Below the pieces are notes generated by a model. It worked only from the letters and a program-made list of their open reading frames with translations. It was not told the origin of the DNA and did not search any database. From positions 179,379 through 243,378 of the IMG/VR virus record IMGVR_UViG_3300048924_000191: a stretch of DNA of 64,000 bases. One strand, written 5' to 3'. The position numbers and the translations under genes were made by a program. Below are positions 56,701 to 64,000 of this stretch, piece after piece. Position 1 is the first letter of the stretch; every line of letters starts with the position of its first letter.

Positions 56701-57485
56701 ACGGTGGTAACGCCGTGGTTGGTTCCAACGCGTCGATCTTCCTGAAGGACTACAAGTCGCCCAACCCAACCAACTATCGGAACGTCGGTGAGATTCTGGC
56801 AGAGATGGATCGTCGGATGAACATCGGTCGGAAGAAAGCAGGGAACCCAGCCAGCAGCACAGCGACTTCGGAAACGCCGTCTTCGGTACCGTCTAACGGA
56901 GCACCGAGCGATACCACACCGGCGAACGGTGGCGTGGCTGCTGGTGGTGATGCTCCGGCAGCGGCGGGTGCAGGCGGTCCAGCAATCCCTGGTGTTAGTT
57001 CGCCAGCGGTATTGGCAGGTGCAGGTGGCGATAAGACCACTCCATCATCAGTACTGGATCAAGCGGCGGCTGCGTCTTCGAGTGCTTCGGCCTCGTCGAT
57101 CCCAGCGAGCGATCCTGCTCCGGCTACACCTGGTCCAGACCTGTCGTCGTTGGACGATCTGAAACCAGCAGGCTTCCAACCATCGGCTCCACAACCTACC
57201 CCAGTGTCTGCTTCGCAAGCGGCTGCTAAAGCTGCAGCGGATAGTTCTGAGATTGCATCGCAAGCCAACATGGAGTCCACCAACTCCATCCTTAATGAAC
57301 AGCTCTCAGTGGCCAAGGATAGCCGTCAACTGTTGGCTGACATCAAAGGGCTGTTGGAAAGTGGTGCGTTGATGAAGACACCGGCTGACCCACAGCAACA
57401 AACCCCACGGGCAGGCCAACTCGCTAAGAGTGAACCCTTCCCACGTAATCCTGTCAGCAACAAAAGGACGGATGCGGTAACGTGA
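50739..57485 (+). CDS. Tape-measure / cell-puncturing protein with C-terminal lytic transglycosylase (phiKZ gp181-like)
   Basis: 2248 aa; SLT motif ATESGLDP..ANGLFQFIDTTW and LYMAHFLG; TATG late-type motif upstream. Confidence 0.9.
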   Translation: MAKNDKVDFGEADLDDFNFDALDFGDPFEQKAPKSGGAREAVTEFASSAVHAAKDRLLDRGTIRRLISGGLHKGYTQAFNAYDAIEGGLADIIKDNATELNGTLLNMKRKTDRWSPLAKRMMPKFLRDAMEDADYANSSSSSSSGGNDELNINLAGLDKLFASQMKDQTDRKIGDAIRDNREQKRFMTEAQLQLNIGRGIGRLVGYQDNVTINYHRKSLEIGYRQLDVAVRMLQLQNQHFSESGETLKLILKNTGLPDFVKMKHIEVLKQTMANKLASNAMNTVGNWASNFFTGVKQNSSDMLGAFLQFRDTIESQTQLGQSRASAFGSTLGGMAGSFAGGAAEQGLHAVVERLKPYLSKIPGFDRVGENLRSTFTGIPQKINAWSKSENTKDGISGWIEEGLKSLFDTYTATGSISGMPSIELDQPAIFDNLFHKSVTEVIPGYLASIDKWIKVVATGEDQEEMAYSHYTGGMVSRSTLNEQHVRVSLKNNTGKALRQEIDGLLRDMGAADLSNEAQRALRRRLMKDLAGGNPFNPSKYVEVGAWDNTEEWIADEIITFVANRFDLDPSGQPVSQSTESKERLNNFTERYDATQRRMPEFGQRMNVLQKVTGRRAWRELGLSKYNGIEGDNIDLDAVYDRVLDNDDIAFDPSAKVPTDKKELAEYLKRKKKAEEDLLRYGIGNNDKVDVDAGVASSRFGPRRAKADRVTEELKLDLSNAFENMPKAFDANVKFPDLMMTSDEITQGKLDTVVDALTASNGFLEAILESIPYAGIAGHGEDGEGPGPEDSPDTGGGGSGRRGWGRRILGGLGWATKGAAKGLYGYFKGSYKMIGKGLFGGAKLANWAARAPFRSITGLGVTDIYLRGSEDPVMTARDIRRGFYMDVKSGKIIESLKDIGGAVRDIRTNLLVLTEEDFAAGLYSGDGESLAGYLSRKAMGLAGTLARGMGWYMGTTYGLMWKGAKKLTEVAWDQFVQFDAYFPGEDEPRITSKKMKRGYYRDEEGQPIMSLKDIKGAVYDIEGNLVVSLEELQKYKSFYTRNGSLLYTFGRGVVNLGGKALELGAKAAVWYGKQIGKFYKGMWSASKWAARKVGGLFGIGKGGSSHGAMGGMDDELGETMVEIQGRQLDTQLEMLNILRTAFDKAPVRGDTDGNGVRDWSWRDILDRRKAAKDKDVVEGGDNSDVVDALDKLGDRLDTKLEDLIETTEEAGENSWLENAADMADIKDGMGGGKRGRRGARRPPRGKAGWLRRGWEATKAGAKWAWNSPMLRAGAMFAGTTLLRGGAMLLGGAASLIGGAISLPALAIAAVVGVVAYAGYRYYKANQAKSFPLFYLRMAQYGVNGTDEKRVAAMLEVEKQAAAGLRIGADGKATMDASGINMDALAQKFGLDSQERVQQFANWVGQRFRPVFLAHSTAMQQIHGHTNLAEADKGIGDGDLEMFMSSVNLPGMDKVYDDVDTSPFDSDLDMDADDVKSAVANVRDRRNMDKLSGKANNIADKVAVAGVTATAAAAANQKADGVTRLNVSAKGSDDPRQIASGLKLTATGLAGAGGAAMMYAAKASAQARISSLNIPTAVRYKTYGLVEFELPKCTQLQQVEEVYWDNVVYSGTSKATFAGDEDKLKQKVFDIFKPATDLEHEEVTRWLEYRFIPAFLQYCISIRRRYNGDARDGWRNLTGTLMKEVLDETTRAAVETMFSSRSVWEVQNSPWPGYQLEKLPGSTKMYIEALDTGDTSKVLDVQGMESQARTQASNNDYGTKLSNIALGNTRANPIGPGVGNNNSTMGNYANIFSGKSVAGGASGQSPAGYGDGSMLYKGSFGNVVQHPGGGTGGDINSLPDNRGAGLAEMGPIITGAAKMVGFDPTISLNVAATESGLDPKASSGIANGLFQFIDTTWDSMLTRYGPKYGIAPGTPPTDPRANAILGVCYLKENYEGLKQSLGKDITDLDLYMAHFLGLGGAKRFLAAPRGDAAYLHVGNGSATPQKRKRDGGNAVVGSNASIFLKDYKSPNPTNYRNVGEILAEMDRRMNIGRKKAGNPASSTATSETPSSVPSNGAPSDTTPANGGVAAGGDAPAAAGAGGPAIPGVSSPAVLAGAGGDKTTPSSVLDQAAAASSSASASSIPASDPAPATPGPDLSSLDDLKPAGFQPSAPQPTPVSASQAAAKAAADSSEIASQANMESTNSILNEQLSVAKDSRQLLADIKGLLESGALMKTPADPQQQTPRAGQLAKSEPFPRNPVSNKRTDAVT

Positions 57486-57536
57486 TAAGTGGGCGGGATA
57501 TCCCGCCCACCTCTTTTCAGTGACGTGGAGACACGT

Positions 57537-59525
57537 ATGGCAAAGAAACGAATCTTGGATGCGGAGTGGGCAGGTAATGCCTTCCTCGCACCTCGAAGCG
57601 CGCTCAGTGATGCGACGAACAACATGCGTCGGTTCTACACGTCGACTTCCCGTAAGTTCACGGACACTTCACTCGGCGGTAGTTTCGAGATCAACCCGCT
57701 GTCCCAACTGACGGCAAACTGTGACTTCAAACATCCATCCATCTACAGTGCTTCGTTAGGTACTGGACGGTGGTACGGGGAGGTTCTGCAAGATTCTGCG
57801 CAATTGATTCACGTCCGTTGTGGTGTCCCTCAATTCAACACCATGACCAACTTCTTCGGCAACTTCTACAACGTCTACGCAGGTTCCATGGCTCGTTCGG
57901 GTCGTGCGCCTTCGGTGTGGTTCGAAGTAGGACGAGTGGCAGGGGTGATTGGCACGCTACCATTACAGCCTTTCATCTTCGCGGGTTCTGTGGTGAAGTT
58001 CTTCCTCGGCATGCCGCGGTCGAAGTACTACTACCTCAAGCCATCGATGTACTCGTTCTGGTACGCGATGAGTGGTTTTGTCAACGCCGTCTTCGTGAAC
58101 CTCGGTCTGTCGCCACACTTCTCCAACGCAGACCAACGGCAGTTCATGGACCCCAACGTCATTCCTGACGATCGTGACATCACCTCGATGCACCGGATGA
58201 TTCCGGATGTGGTGATGAAGGATGGTGGTATCGACGTCTTCGCCCTGGCTACCAAACCTCAGCGTCTGGCTAACCAGTACTTCGAGAAACTCAACGAAGT
58301 GATGGATGGGTTGACTGATAACCCTGCTACTCGTGACGAAGAGTTGCGTACGCTGCTGGCTAAAGGTGTCGATGCTGGCATCAAGGCGATCCAAGATCCG
58401 GGTGCTTCGCTCAAGGAGTACGAAGACGCTTACCTCAAGTTCAACGGTAAGTTCAAGAACGACAGTTCGTATGCGTCGGACTCTGTTGGCGAAGACAAAG
58501 ACTACTTCGACCAGATGCAGGAAGCTTTCCGTGCAGAACGTCGGATGGGTGCTGACTTCGTTACCTTCCGGGTGAACTACACCGGCAGTAACTCCGACAG
58601 CTGGAACAACCAGGCAGGCGATCCTTCGATCAAGTCCGAGATCAACAACATGTCGTCCAAAGCACGAGCGGCACGTTTCAACATCATGGACGGTAACGTT
58701 GGTGGTCCGCTCGGTACGTTGGTGGGTATTGCGTCTGACATCGCTAAAGGCATTCTTACTTCGGCTCAGGTCGAGGGCTTCATTGCGGTGGCAGGTAACG
58801 CCTTTGCTGACATCCAGCGTACGTACGAATCGTCGTCCTGTGACGTCAACCGTACGACCTTCACCATCCCTCTGCGTTCTTGGGCTGCGGATGACTGGGT
58901 ACGTCTGAAGAACCTGTTCATTCCACTGGGCGCTATCTTTGCGATGGCATTGCCGCGAGCAACGGGTCGTGCTTCCTACGACGGTCCTCCATTGCTCGAG
59001 ATCTTCAACCGCGGCCACACGTTGATTCGTGAGGGCATGGTGGAGTCGATCACGGTGGAGCGGAACGTGGGCGATATCGGGATGGGTCGTGAAGCGAAGA
59101 CACTCGGTATCGACGTCAACGTCACAATCATCGACATGTCTACCATGGTTTCGATGCCAATCAACCCTGGCTTCTCTGGCGTGAACGGTGTGTTCTCGTT
59201 GGCGGTTGAAGGCATCGGTGCTGCTGGCGGTGCTGTGTCGGGCGCGGGTGCCAGCGCAGGTGCTTCGGCCGGTGAGACAGTAGCGGCTGCTTTGTCCAAG
59301 TCGACCTACGGCGAGGATAACAAGTACACCGACTATCTGGCTACTCTGACTAGTCTTCCATTGGAAACGCTCATCAACGGCACTCGTCGTTGGAGACTGA
59401 ACATGGCTCGTACGCGAGCTGAGTTCAACCAGTGGAAATCTGCTAACCGCGTGGTATCCGGCTTGATGGATAACTTCACCGGTGAGATGATCAAAGCTAC
59501 AGGTGCTCCGACCAGCCGTCCGTAA
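57537..59525 (+). CDS. Tail-tip/baseplate protein (phiKZ gp182-like)
   Basis: Start MAKKRIL with GGAG upstream; follows the gp181 homolog. Confidence 0.75.
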   Translation: MAKKRILDAEWAGNAFLAPRSALSDATNNMRRFYTSTSRKFTDTSLGGSFEINPLSQLTANCDFKHPSIYSASLGTGRWYGEVLQDSAQLIHVRCGVPQFNTMTNFFGNFYNVYAGSMARSGRAPSVWFEVGRVAGVIGTLPLQPFIFAGSVVKFFLGMPRSKYYYLKPSMYSFWYAMSGFVNAVFVNLGLSPHFSNADQRQFMDPNVIPDDRDITSMHRMIPDVVMKDGGIDVFALATKPQRLANQYFEKLNEVMDGLTDNPATRDEELRTLLAKGVDAGIKAIQDPGASLKEYEDAYLKFNGKFKNDSSYASDSVGEDKDYFDQMQEAFRAERRMGADFVTFRVNYTGSNSDSWNNQAGDPSIKSEINNMSSKARAARFNIMDGNVGGPLGTLVGIASDIAKGILTSAQVEGFIAVAGNAFADIQRTYESSSCDVNRTTFTIPLRSWAADDWVRLKNLFIPLGAIFAMALPRATGRASYDGPPLLEIFNRGHTLIREGMVESITVERNVGDIGMGREAKTLGIDVNVTIIDMSTMVSMPINPGFSGVNGVFSLAVEGIGAAGGAVSGAGASAGASAGETVAAALSKSTYGEDNKYTDYLATLTSLPLETLINGTRRWRLNMARTRAEFNQWKSANRVVSGLMDNFTGEMIKATGAPTSRP

Positions 59526-59583
59526 ACAAAAAAAAAGAAAGCCACAGCCAGGACCGCGAGGTCCTGGCTGTATGCTGTTGTGG

Positions 59584-60033
59584 TTATTTAGCGATCTTGT
59601 TATAAGCATCGATCAACCACTGCGGGGCAGGTTGGGGGTCGGTGTATTCGGACACTACCGACACACCCACTTCATTCCAACGATAGTCCTGCTTGCGGGT
59701 ATCGCCTTTAGGGACGATCCAGCAAGCAGGTTTACCGAAGTACGGCATGAGATCGAGTTCGATGTCAAGATCGTTCTCAGCCACGATCGGATCATCCGCG
59801 AAACGAAACACTGGGATCATCTCGTGGGTAGTCATGTCGTACTCGAACACCATCCCTTCCATTACTTTCGCCGCCGCTTCCCAACCCATGTCTGGGTCTT
59901 GAATGGCGAACGACCCGACGATACCGAACTTAGCCGGAGCAGGTACCATCAGACATGGGGTGTCGGGTAGATCCATTTTAAGGATCTGTTCGATGGTGTA
60001 TAATTCGCCACGGCGTGGTTTATTAGTGTTCAT
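59584..60033 (-). CDS. Hypothetical protein
   Basis: 149 aa, AGGAGG upstream. Confidence 0.7.
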   Translation of the reverse strand: MNTNKPRRGELYTIEQILKMDLPDTPCLMVPAPAKFGIVGSFAIQDPDMGWEAAAKVMEGMVFEYDMTTHEMIPVFRFADDPIVAENDLDIELDLMPYFGKPACWIVPKGDTRKQDYRWNEVGVSVVSEYTDPQPAPQWLIDAYNKIAK

Positions 60034-60098
60034 TGTAGTGACCTCCTAGGTCGATGTATTGACGGCATAAGCGGGGCGACTTGCGCCGCCCCGATAGA

Positions 60099-60224
60099 TC
60101 AGCTTACGGCAGGTGCCGGACGCTTGCTCAGTACTTCAGCTTCCAGCAGACGGCGCTTGTAGCGGCCGGACATCATGAGCGCACCGATAATCATGCCAGC
60201 GCCCAGGAACAGGAAACGGTCCAT
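60099..60224 (-). CDS. 41-aa single-pass membrane microprotein
   Basis: MDRFLFLGAGMIIGALMMSGRYKRRLLEAEVLSKRPAPAVS; AAAGGAG, own promoter motif and own terminator; not in the ORF track. Confidence 0.75.
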   Translation of the reverse strand: MDRFLFLGAGMIIGALMMSGRYKRRLLEAEVLSKRPAPAVS

Positions 60225-60251
60225 GGTGATTCTCCTTTACAAAGGGGATGG

Positions 60252-60292
60252 TTGATTCAATCCCACTATGTATCATCATAAATCGTTTAACT
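60252..60292 (-). promoter_or_regulatory. Early-type promoter motif
   Basis: AGTTAA-N13-ATACATAG-N7-GAATCAA. Confidence 0.75.
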
Positions 60293-61303
60293 TGCCTGTG
60301 TGAACAGAGCTCCTGGGTACATCAGGGTCATGACGTCGTACGGTGTCTTCGGAGGGTAACTGATAGCCGTCAGACAGTAGGACCGCTGAGGTTCTTCGAG
60401 GAACCACAGTTTCTTGGCGTCAGCGCTCGACACTTGGAAAGGTTCGAGGTTTGGAATCAGAACGCCATTGCGGTTGTACTTGTCCCAGTTGGGATTGATG
60501 CGCACCAACGTATTGATCAACTCGATCCGTTTGGCAGGATAGGTCGGAGGAGTGTCGTTGGTCCCGAAGAAGAACTGAGTCAGGATCATGTTGATTGCAT
60601 CTGGGTTACGCTCGAGGAACGCCGCAACGCCAATCTTGTCGATGACCTTGTTGATCCCGGCGAGGTCAGATCCATAGACCGCATCTGTGGAGATGTAGGC
60701 CCACGCGTTACGACGAACCTGCTCGTTACGAGAATCCTCGATCACGTAGTCAACAAGATCCGGAATACCGTAACTCATCAATGCTGAAGCGATGCCTGAG
60801 ATGATCGCACTCTCAGCCTCGATGTTGATGATGCTGGCCAACTCGGAGTTACCAGTCATCTCAGCAATGAACTCGAACAACGAGGAGGCGTCCTTGACAT
60901 CCACTACGTTGACGATACTCGGAATGCCGTTGAACAACACATCGATGTTCTTCTTGGCATTCGGTCCAATCAACGTACCGGCAGCATCACCAATGACGTT
61001 CTTGAGACTCCCGCCCAACTGACCCAACAGATTGGGAAGTGACGTACCCATCGCACCAAGCGCACGATCGATCATGTCCTGACGATCGATGTTGCCCTTC
61101 TTGGCAGCCATGATTATCTGCGCAAGTTGTTTTGGCGAATTCTTGTTGGTGTAAAGACCATCAACAGCATCGGCGTAAATGCCCTTGACGCTGTCGTACA
61201 TGCTGTTGTGTGATTCTTGTGAGGCTACCCCGTACGCATCTTGTACGAGTACCTGAGTGCTACCATCCCCTTGGAAGAGGGTAGACGAAAGACGGCCGGT
61301 CAT
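60287..61303 (-). CDS. Conserved jumbo-phage protein, probably virion structural
   Basis: Start MTGRLSS with GGAG upstream; located after the tail module. Confidence 0.6.
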   Translation of the reverse strand: MTGRLSSTLFQGDGSTQVLVQDAYGVASQESHNSMYDSVKGIYADAVDGLYTNKNSPKQLAQIIMAAKKGNIDRQDMIDRALGAMGTSLPNLLGQLGGSLKNVIGDAAGTLIGPNAKKNIDVLFNGIPSIVNVVDVKDASSLFEFIAEMTGNSELASIINIEAESAIISGIASALMSYGIPDLVDYVIEDSRNEQVRRNAWAYISTDAVYGSDLAGINKVIDKIGVAAFLERNPDAINMILTQFFFGTNDTPPTYPAKRIELINTLVRINPNWDKYNRNGVLIPNLEPFQVSSADAKKLWFLEEPQRSYCLTAISYPPKTPYDVMTLMYPGALFTQAS

Positions 61304-61387
61304 ACGGACACTCCAATGAGGTTGGCTACACACCATAGACAAAAAAAAAGACGGCATAGAGCGGTGGGTTTCCCCACCGCTCTACTT

Positions 61388-61942
61388 TTACGCAGCTTGC
61401 TGGTAACGCTCTCGGAGATCGATGAAGAACTCCGTCAGCCACCGCACATCTTTCGGTTCTACGATCTGATACTTCTTGCGGATCACCTGCGCTGGCGAAA
61501 GTCCGGACAGTTCAGCATCCGTGAATTGACGTTTCGCAGCGTAGTAGTAATAGTGCTCGAGTGGAAGTGTCGATTCCGTCAAGAGCTGTTTGAGCTCAGG
61601 ATGGTTCTCGAACTTCCATTCCAACGCCACCTTGAAGTCTTCCTGGAACTTGTCGTACCAGACAGTCTTCAATTCCTTACCGTACGCCTTCGACTGGAAC
61701 CCGTCCATGGAACGGAATTCTTCGTATTGGAGTCCGGTCTTCAGGTAATACCACAGACCCTCGGCAGTACGGAAACGGCCATGTACAGGGTGCTGTACAG
61801 CAACGTCCGCCAGGTTAGTACCGAGACGACCCAACCGAGTCGCCCCACGAGTATAGAAGTTGATGTGGGTAATACCGTCATTCGCAGGGTTCAGCTCCAA
61901 AAGTCTTTCATCACTCAGCATCTTCTTCATCCTCGTCGTCAT
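61388..61942 (-). CDS. Conserved phage protein, possibly NADAR/YbiA-like
   Basis: DGITHINFYTRG..LGRLGTN....HPVHGRFRTAEGLWYYLK. The fold guess is from recall and the start is uncertain. Confidence 0.5.
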   Translation of the reverse strand: MTTRMKKMLSDERLLELNPANDGITHINFYTRGATRLGRLGTNLADVAVQHPVHGRFRTAEGLWYYLKTGLQYEEFRSMDGFQSKAYGKELKTVWYDKFQEDFKVALEWKFENHPELKQLLTESTLPLEHYYYYAAKRQFTDAELSGLSPAQVIRKKYQIVEPKDVRWLTEFFIDLRERYQQAA

Positions 61943-62351
61943 CGTCCTCGAGATTTGCAGGAGGGACGTAACGATTACGCACAAGCACCTTGTGGATGTT
62001 ACTGTAGTTGTTGGGGAAGTTCAGTTGTATCGTGTACTGAACGGATTCAGCACCCAATACGGCGACCCCTTCTTCAAACCGTTTCAAAGGAAGCCGGTCC
62101 TTGGTTAGGGCACGCGTCAGGTTGCTTTTGTCCTGATCGACACGCTTCTTGTCCACCTCGCCCTGGGCGTTGGTGTGGAGCCTCGTGAAATACCGCTCGA
62201 CACGATGTTCCCACTCACTTGGCATGATGCCTTGCGCAATCAGCATATCGCGAAAAAGAATGGCGAGGACGTTAGTGGCCTCCCCCTTCTTTTTGTCAGG
62301 CGCTAACAACAGCTCCCTGAAGGTGGTTTTCTGTTGAGACCTTGTTTTCAT
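61911..62351 (-). CDS. Conserved hypothetical protein
   Basis: 146 aa with an acidic C-tail. Confidence 0.7.
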   Translation of the reverse strand: MKTRSQQKTTFRELLLAPDKKKGEATNVLAILFRDMLIAQGIMPSEWEHRVERYFTRLHTNAQGEVDKKRVDQDKSNLTRALTKDRLPLKRFEEGVAVLGAESVQYTIQLNFPNNYSNIHKVLVRNRYVPPANLEDDDDEDEEDAE

Positions 62352-62415
62352 TTCTACATCCTTCGGGCGTGTCCGAACTTACGCGTGGGCGATGGTTCGG
62401 CAAACAGGACTGGTA

Positions 62416-62919
62416 CTACTTACTTACAGCGAGAGTGAGACAGAACTCAAGGACCGTACAAGTATCTTTCACCACGGGCGTGAACTCACGACGTAGGTAC
62501 GGATACAGGACGTGTTGCTCATCCAGTTGTTCTTTCTCAAAGAGGTTATGTATGATTACGATCTTTTCCGTTAAGAGTCTCACAACGCTCTCAATGGCCC
62601 TGTAGCCAAACTTATGACTATACAGGTAGTCTGGCATCCGAACACGCAGAACCTCGCGTCTACGGTCCTTCCAGCCAGGCAGGATCGCTTCCTCGTCGGT
62701 AACGTTGAGGATCAGAAACTCCAACCGCTCGAACAGCTGGGTCAGCGTATCCGAATACATGGGTGGAGCCACATCGAGGTGGTTGATAGTGAGTTCCCCG
62801 TAAACGAGTTCCTCAAACCGTTTAGCCAACTCGAACATTCGTTCCCAGGGTTCGTCCGGTAAGGGTTCCGGCGGTGGGTCCTGGATGTCAAACAACCACC
62901 GTATAAATCGTCTGAACAT
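62416..62919 (-). CDS. Conserved hypothetical protein
   Basis: 167 aa, AGGAGG upstream. Confidence 0.7.
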   Translation of the reverse strand: MFRRFIRWLFDIQDPPPEPLPDEPWERMFELAKRFEELVYGELTINHLDVAPPMYSDTLTQLFERLEFLILNVTDEEAILPGWKDRRREVLRVRMPDYLYSHKFGYRAIESVVRLLTEKIVIIHNLFEKEQLDEQHVLYPYLRREFTPVVKDTCTVLEFCLTLAVSK

Positions 62920-62956
62920 ATCCCCCTCCTAAGAGGGCATAAGGGAGAAACGAGAA

Positions 62957-63391
62957 ATGAGCCAAGATATCCTGACCACTGCCGACCTGACCAACCCATC
63001 GGAAGCCGTGCGGTTTACTCAACGCGCCCGTCGGGTGATGTTCGATGAACTTACAGAAGGCGGGGCCAAACTGACCGACAACTTCAAAGAGGTGAAAGAA
63101 CTCCTCAAGGACGTTGACGCCACGGCACTGCTGACCCGTAAACTCGACATCGAAGAGTCGGCCAGTAACGAAGCAACTCGTGCGCTCAACAACCACAGAC
63201 AACTGCGTGAAATGCTGGGTGGGCGAGACCCGTTCCGTCGTGATGACGACTCTCCACTGCCTGTGGCTGAGCGAGTGGAAGGTGCTCTACCAGGACAGTT
63301 GCCTAATGTTCCGGTTCGCTTTGTTCCGGGGGAACTTGATCAAGGAGAGCAGCAACTCGTTGTTGCCGACTTTGTTCAACAAGCCGAATGA
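62957..63391 (+). CDS. Hypothetical protein
   Basis: 144 aa, GGGAG upstream, divergent from the previous gene. Confidence 0.65.
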   Translation: MSQDILTTADLTNPSEAVRFTQRARRVMFDELTEGGAKLTDNFKEVKELLKDVDATALLTRKLDIEESASNEATRALNNHRQLREMLGGRDPFRRDDDSPLPVAERVEGALPGQLPNVPVRFVPGELDQGEQQLVVADFVQQAE

Positions 63392-64000
63392 TCTCAGGGT
63401 TGTAACAAACCCTCGAGGTTGCGATGTATTGCAACGCCACCGTTTTGATGAGCATGGCGCTGCGGCAGAGGAACGGGTTGCGGATCTCTGGCGTAGCGTC
63501 TGGCACCACACCGCTTGAAGCAATCATCGGTGTGATCAAAACGAATGTCGGGATGGGATATTCCAACAACGTCGTCATGTAATGGTGAGCGAACCAGTCT
63601 TCGTGGTTGTAGATCGCCATCATTTCGTACGAGTGGTCGAGCATCCGAGGCGTGAGATCTTTGGGATCGACGTACACCGTCCTCACCACTACCTCTTGAG
63701 GCATGTAGTGTTCGACCGACCGGCGGATGACTTCAGCCGACTCTGCGTCTAGGTCGTAAGGCCAGAGATTGATGTCGAGCGCCATCGACTCTACCTGAGC
63801 GCCGCGCAACATGTCCGCCCGTCCCTCAAGCATGTCCTGCCGCAGGTCGAAGACGAAGTTGGACAGCTTGGAGTAGAAGATCGTATCGATGTCCCGAGCG
63901 GCATACAGCTTTTGGAACTCAGCGTCATCGATGACGCCGTTGGTGAGCTCGTGAAAATTGTTGTCGACGTGTCGATCCCGATAGGCATCAGAATTAACCA
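63303..64000 (-). CDS. Hypothetical protein, 5' end beyond the window
   Basis: The 63303..63833 frame stays open to the window end (VNSDAYRDRHVDNNFHELTNG...). Confidence 0.65.
   Translation of the reverse strand, partial: VNSDAYRDRHVDNNFHELTNGVIDDAEFQKLYAARDIDTIFYSKLSNFVFDLRQDMLEGRADMLRGAQVESMALDINLWPYDLDAESAEVIRRSVEHYMPQEVVVRTVYVDPKDLTPRMLDHSYEMMAIYNHEDWFAHHYMTTLLEYPIPTFVLITPMIASSGVVPDATPEIRNPFLCRSAMLIKTVALQYIATSRVCYNPEIIRLVEQSRQQRVAALLDQVPPEQSEPEH

Noticed and set aside
56860-57300. Ala/Pro/Ser/Gly low-complexity stretch as a repeat element
   Set aside because: It is an in-frame flexible linker at the C-terminus of the gp181-like protein, with no nucleotide-level repeat unit.
63303-63391. 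89-nt convergent overlap as an antisense control system
   Set aside because: Short tail-to-tail overlaps are common in dense phage genomes, and nothing else supports regulation.
1-64000. Stop-codon reassignment (alternative genetic code)
   Set aside because: Core genes are full length under the standard code, and TAA, TGA and TAG all act as stops.

Overview
A 64-kb, roughly 55% GC segment of a nucleus-forming (Chimalliviridae, phiKZ/SPN3US-like) jumbo phage. No host genes, CRISPR array, integrase or transposase were seen. In order it holds: the start of a non-virion RNAP beta'-like subunit, chimallin (ChmA), the family-B DNA polymerase, a block of small acidic genes, PhuZ tubulin, accessory genes, terminase, head/neck proteins, tail sheath and tube, an accessory island with tRNA-Asp and tRNA-Asn, two paralogous internal head proteins, the prohead protease, three virion RNAP subunits, the tape-measure/lytic transglycosylase and a tail-tip protein. 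Protein calls rest on recalled motifs and synteny, not on database searches. The most unusual signals are not in the ORF track: (1) a ~1-kb non-coding stretch after the tRNAs carrying eight T-loop hairpins, several at ~75-nt spacing, suggesting a large ornate RNA; (2) a 47-aa microprotein that starts with the RNAP catalytic motif ADFDGD; (3) a fixed-spacing tripartite early-promoter motif (8 copies) shared by chmA and several membrane or Zn-finger microproteins; (4) about 15 hairpins followed by TATGYYG instead of a U-tract; (5) a chimallin with RD/RG mixed-charge tails and a structured 5' leader.
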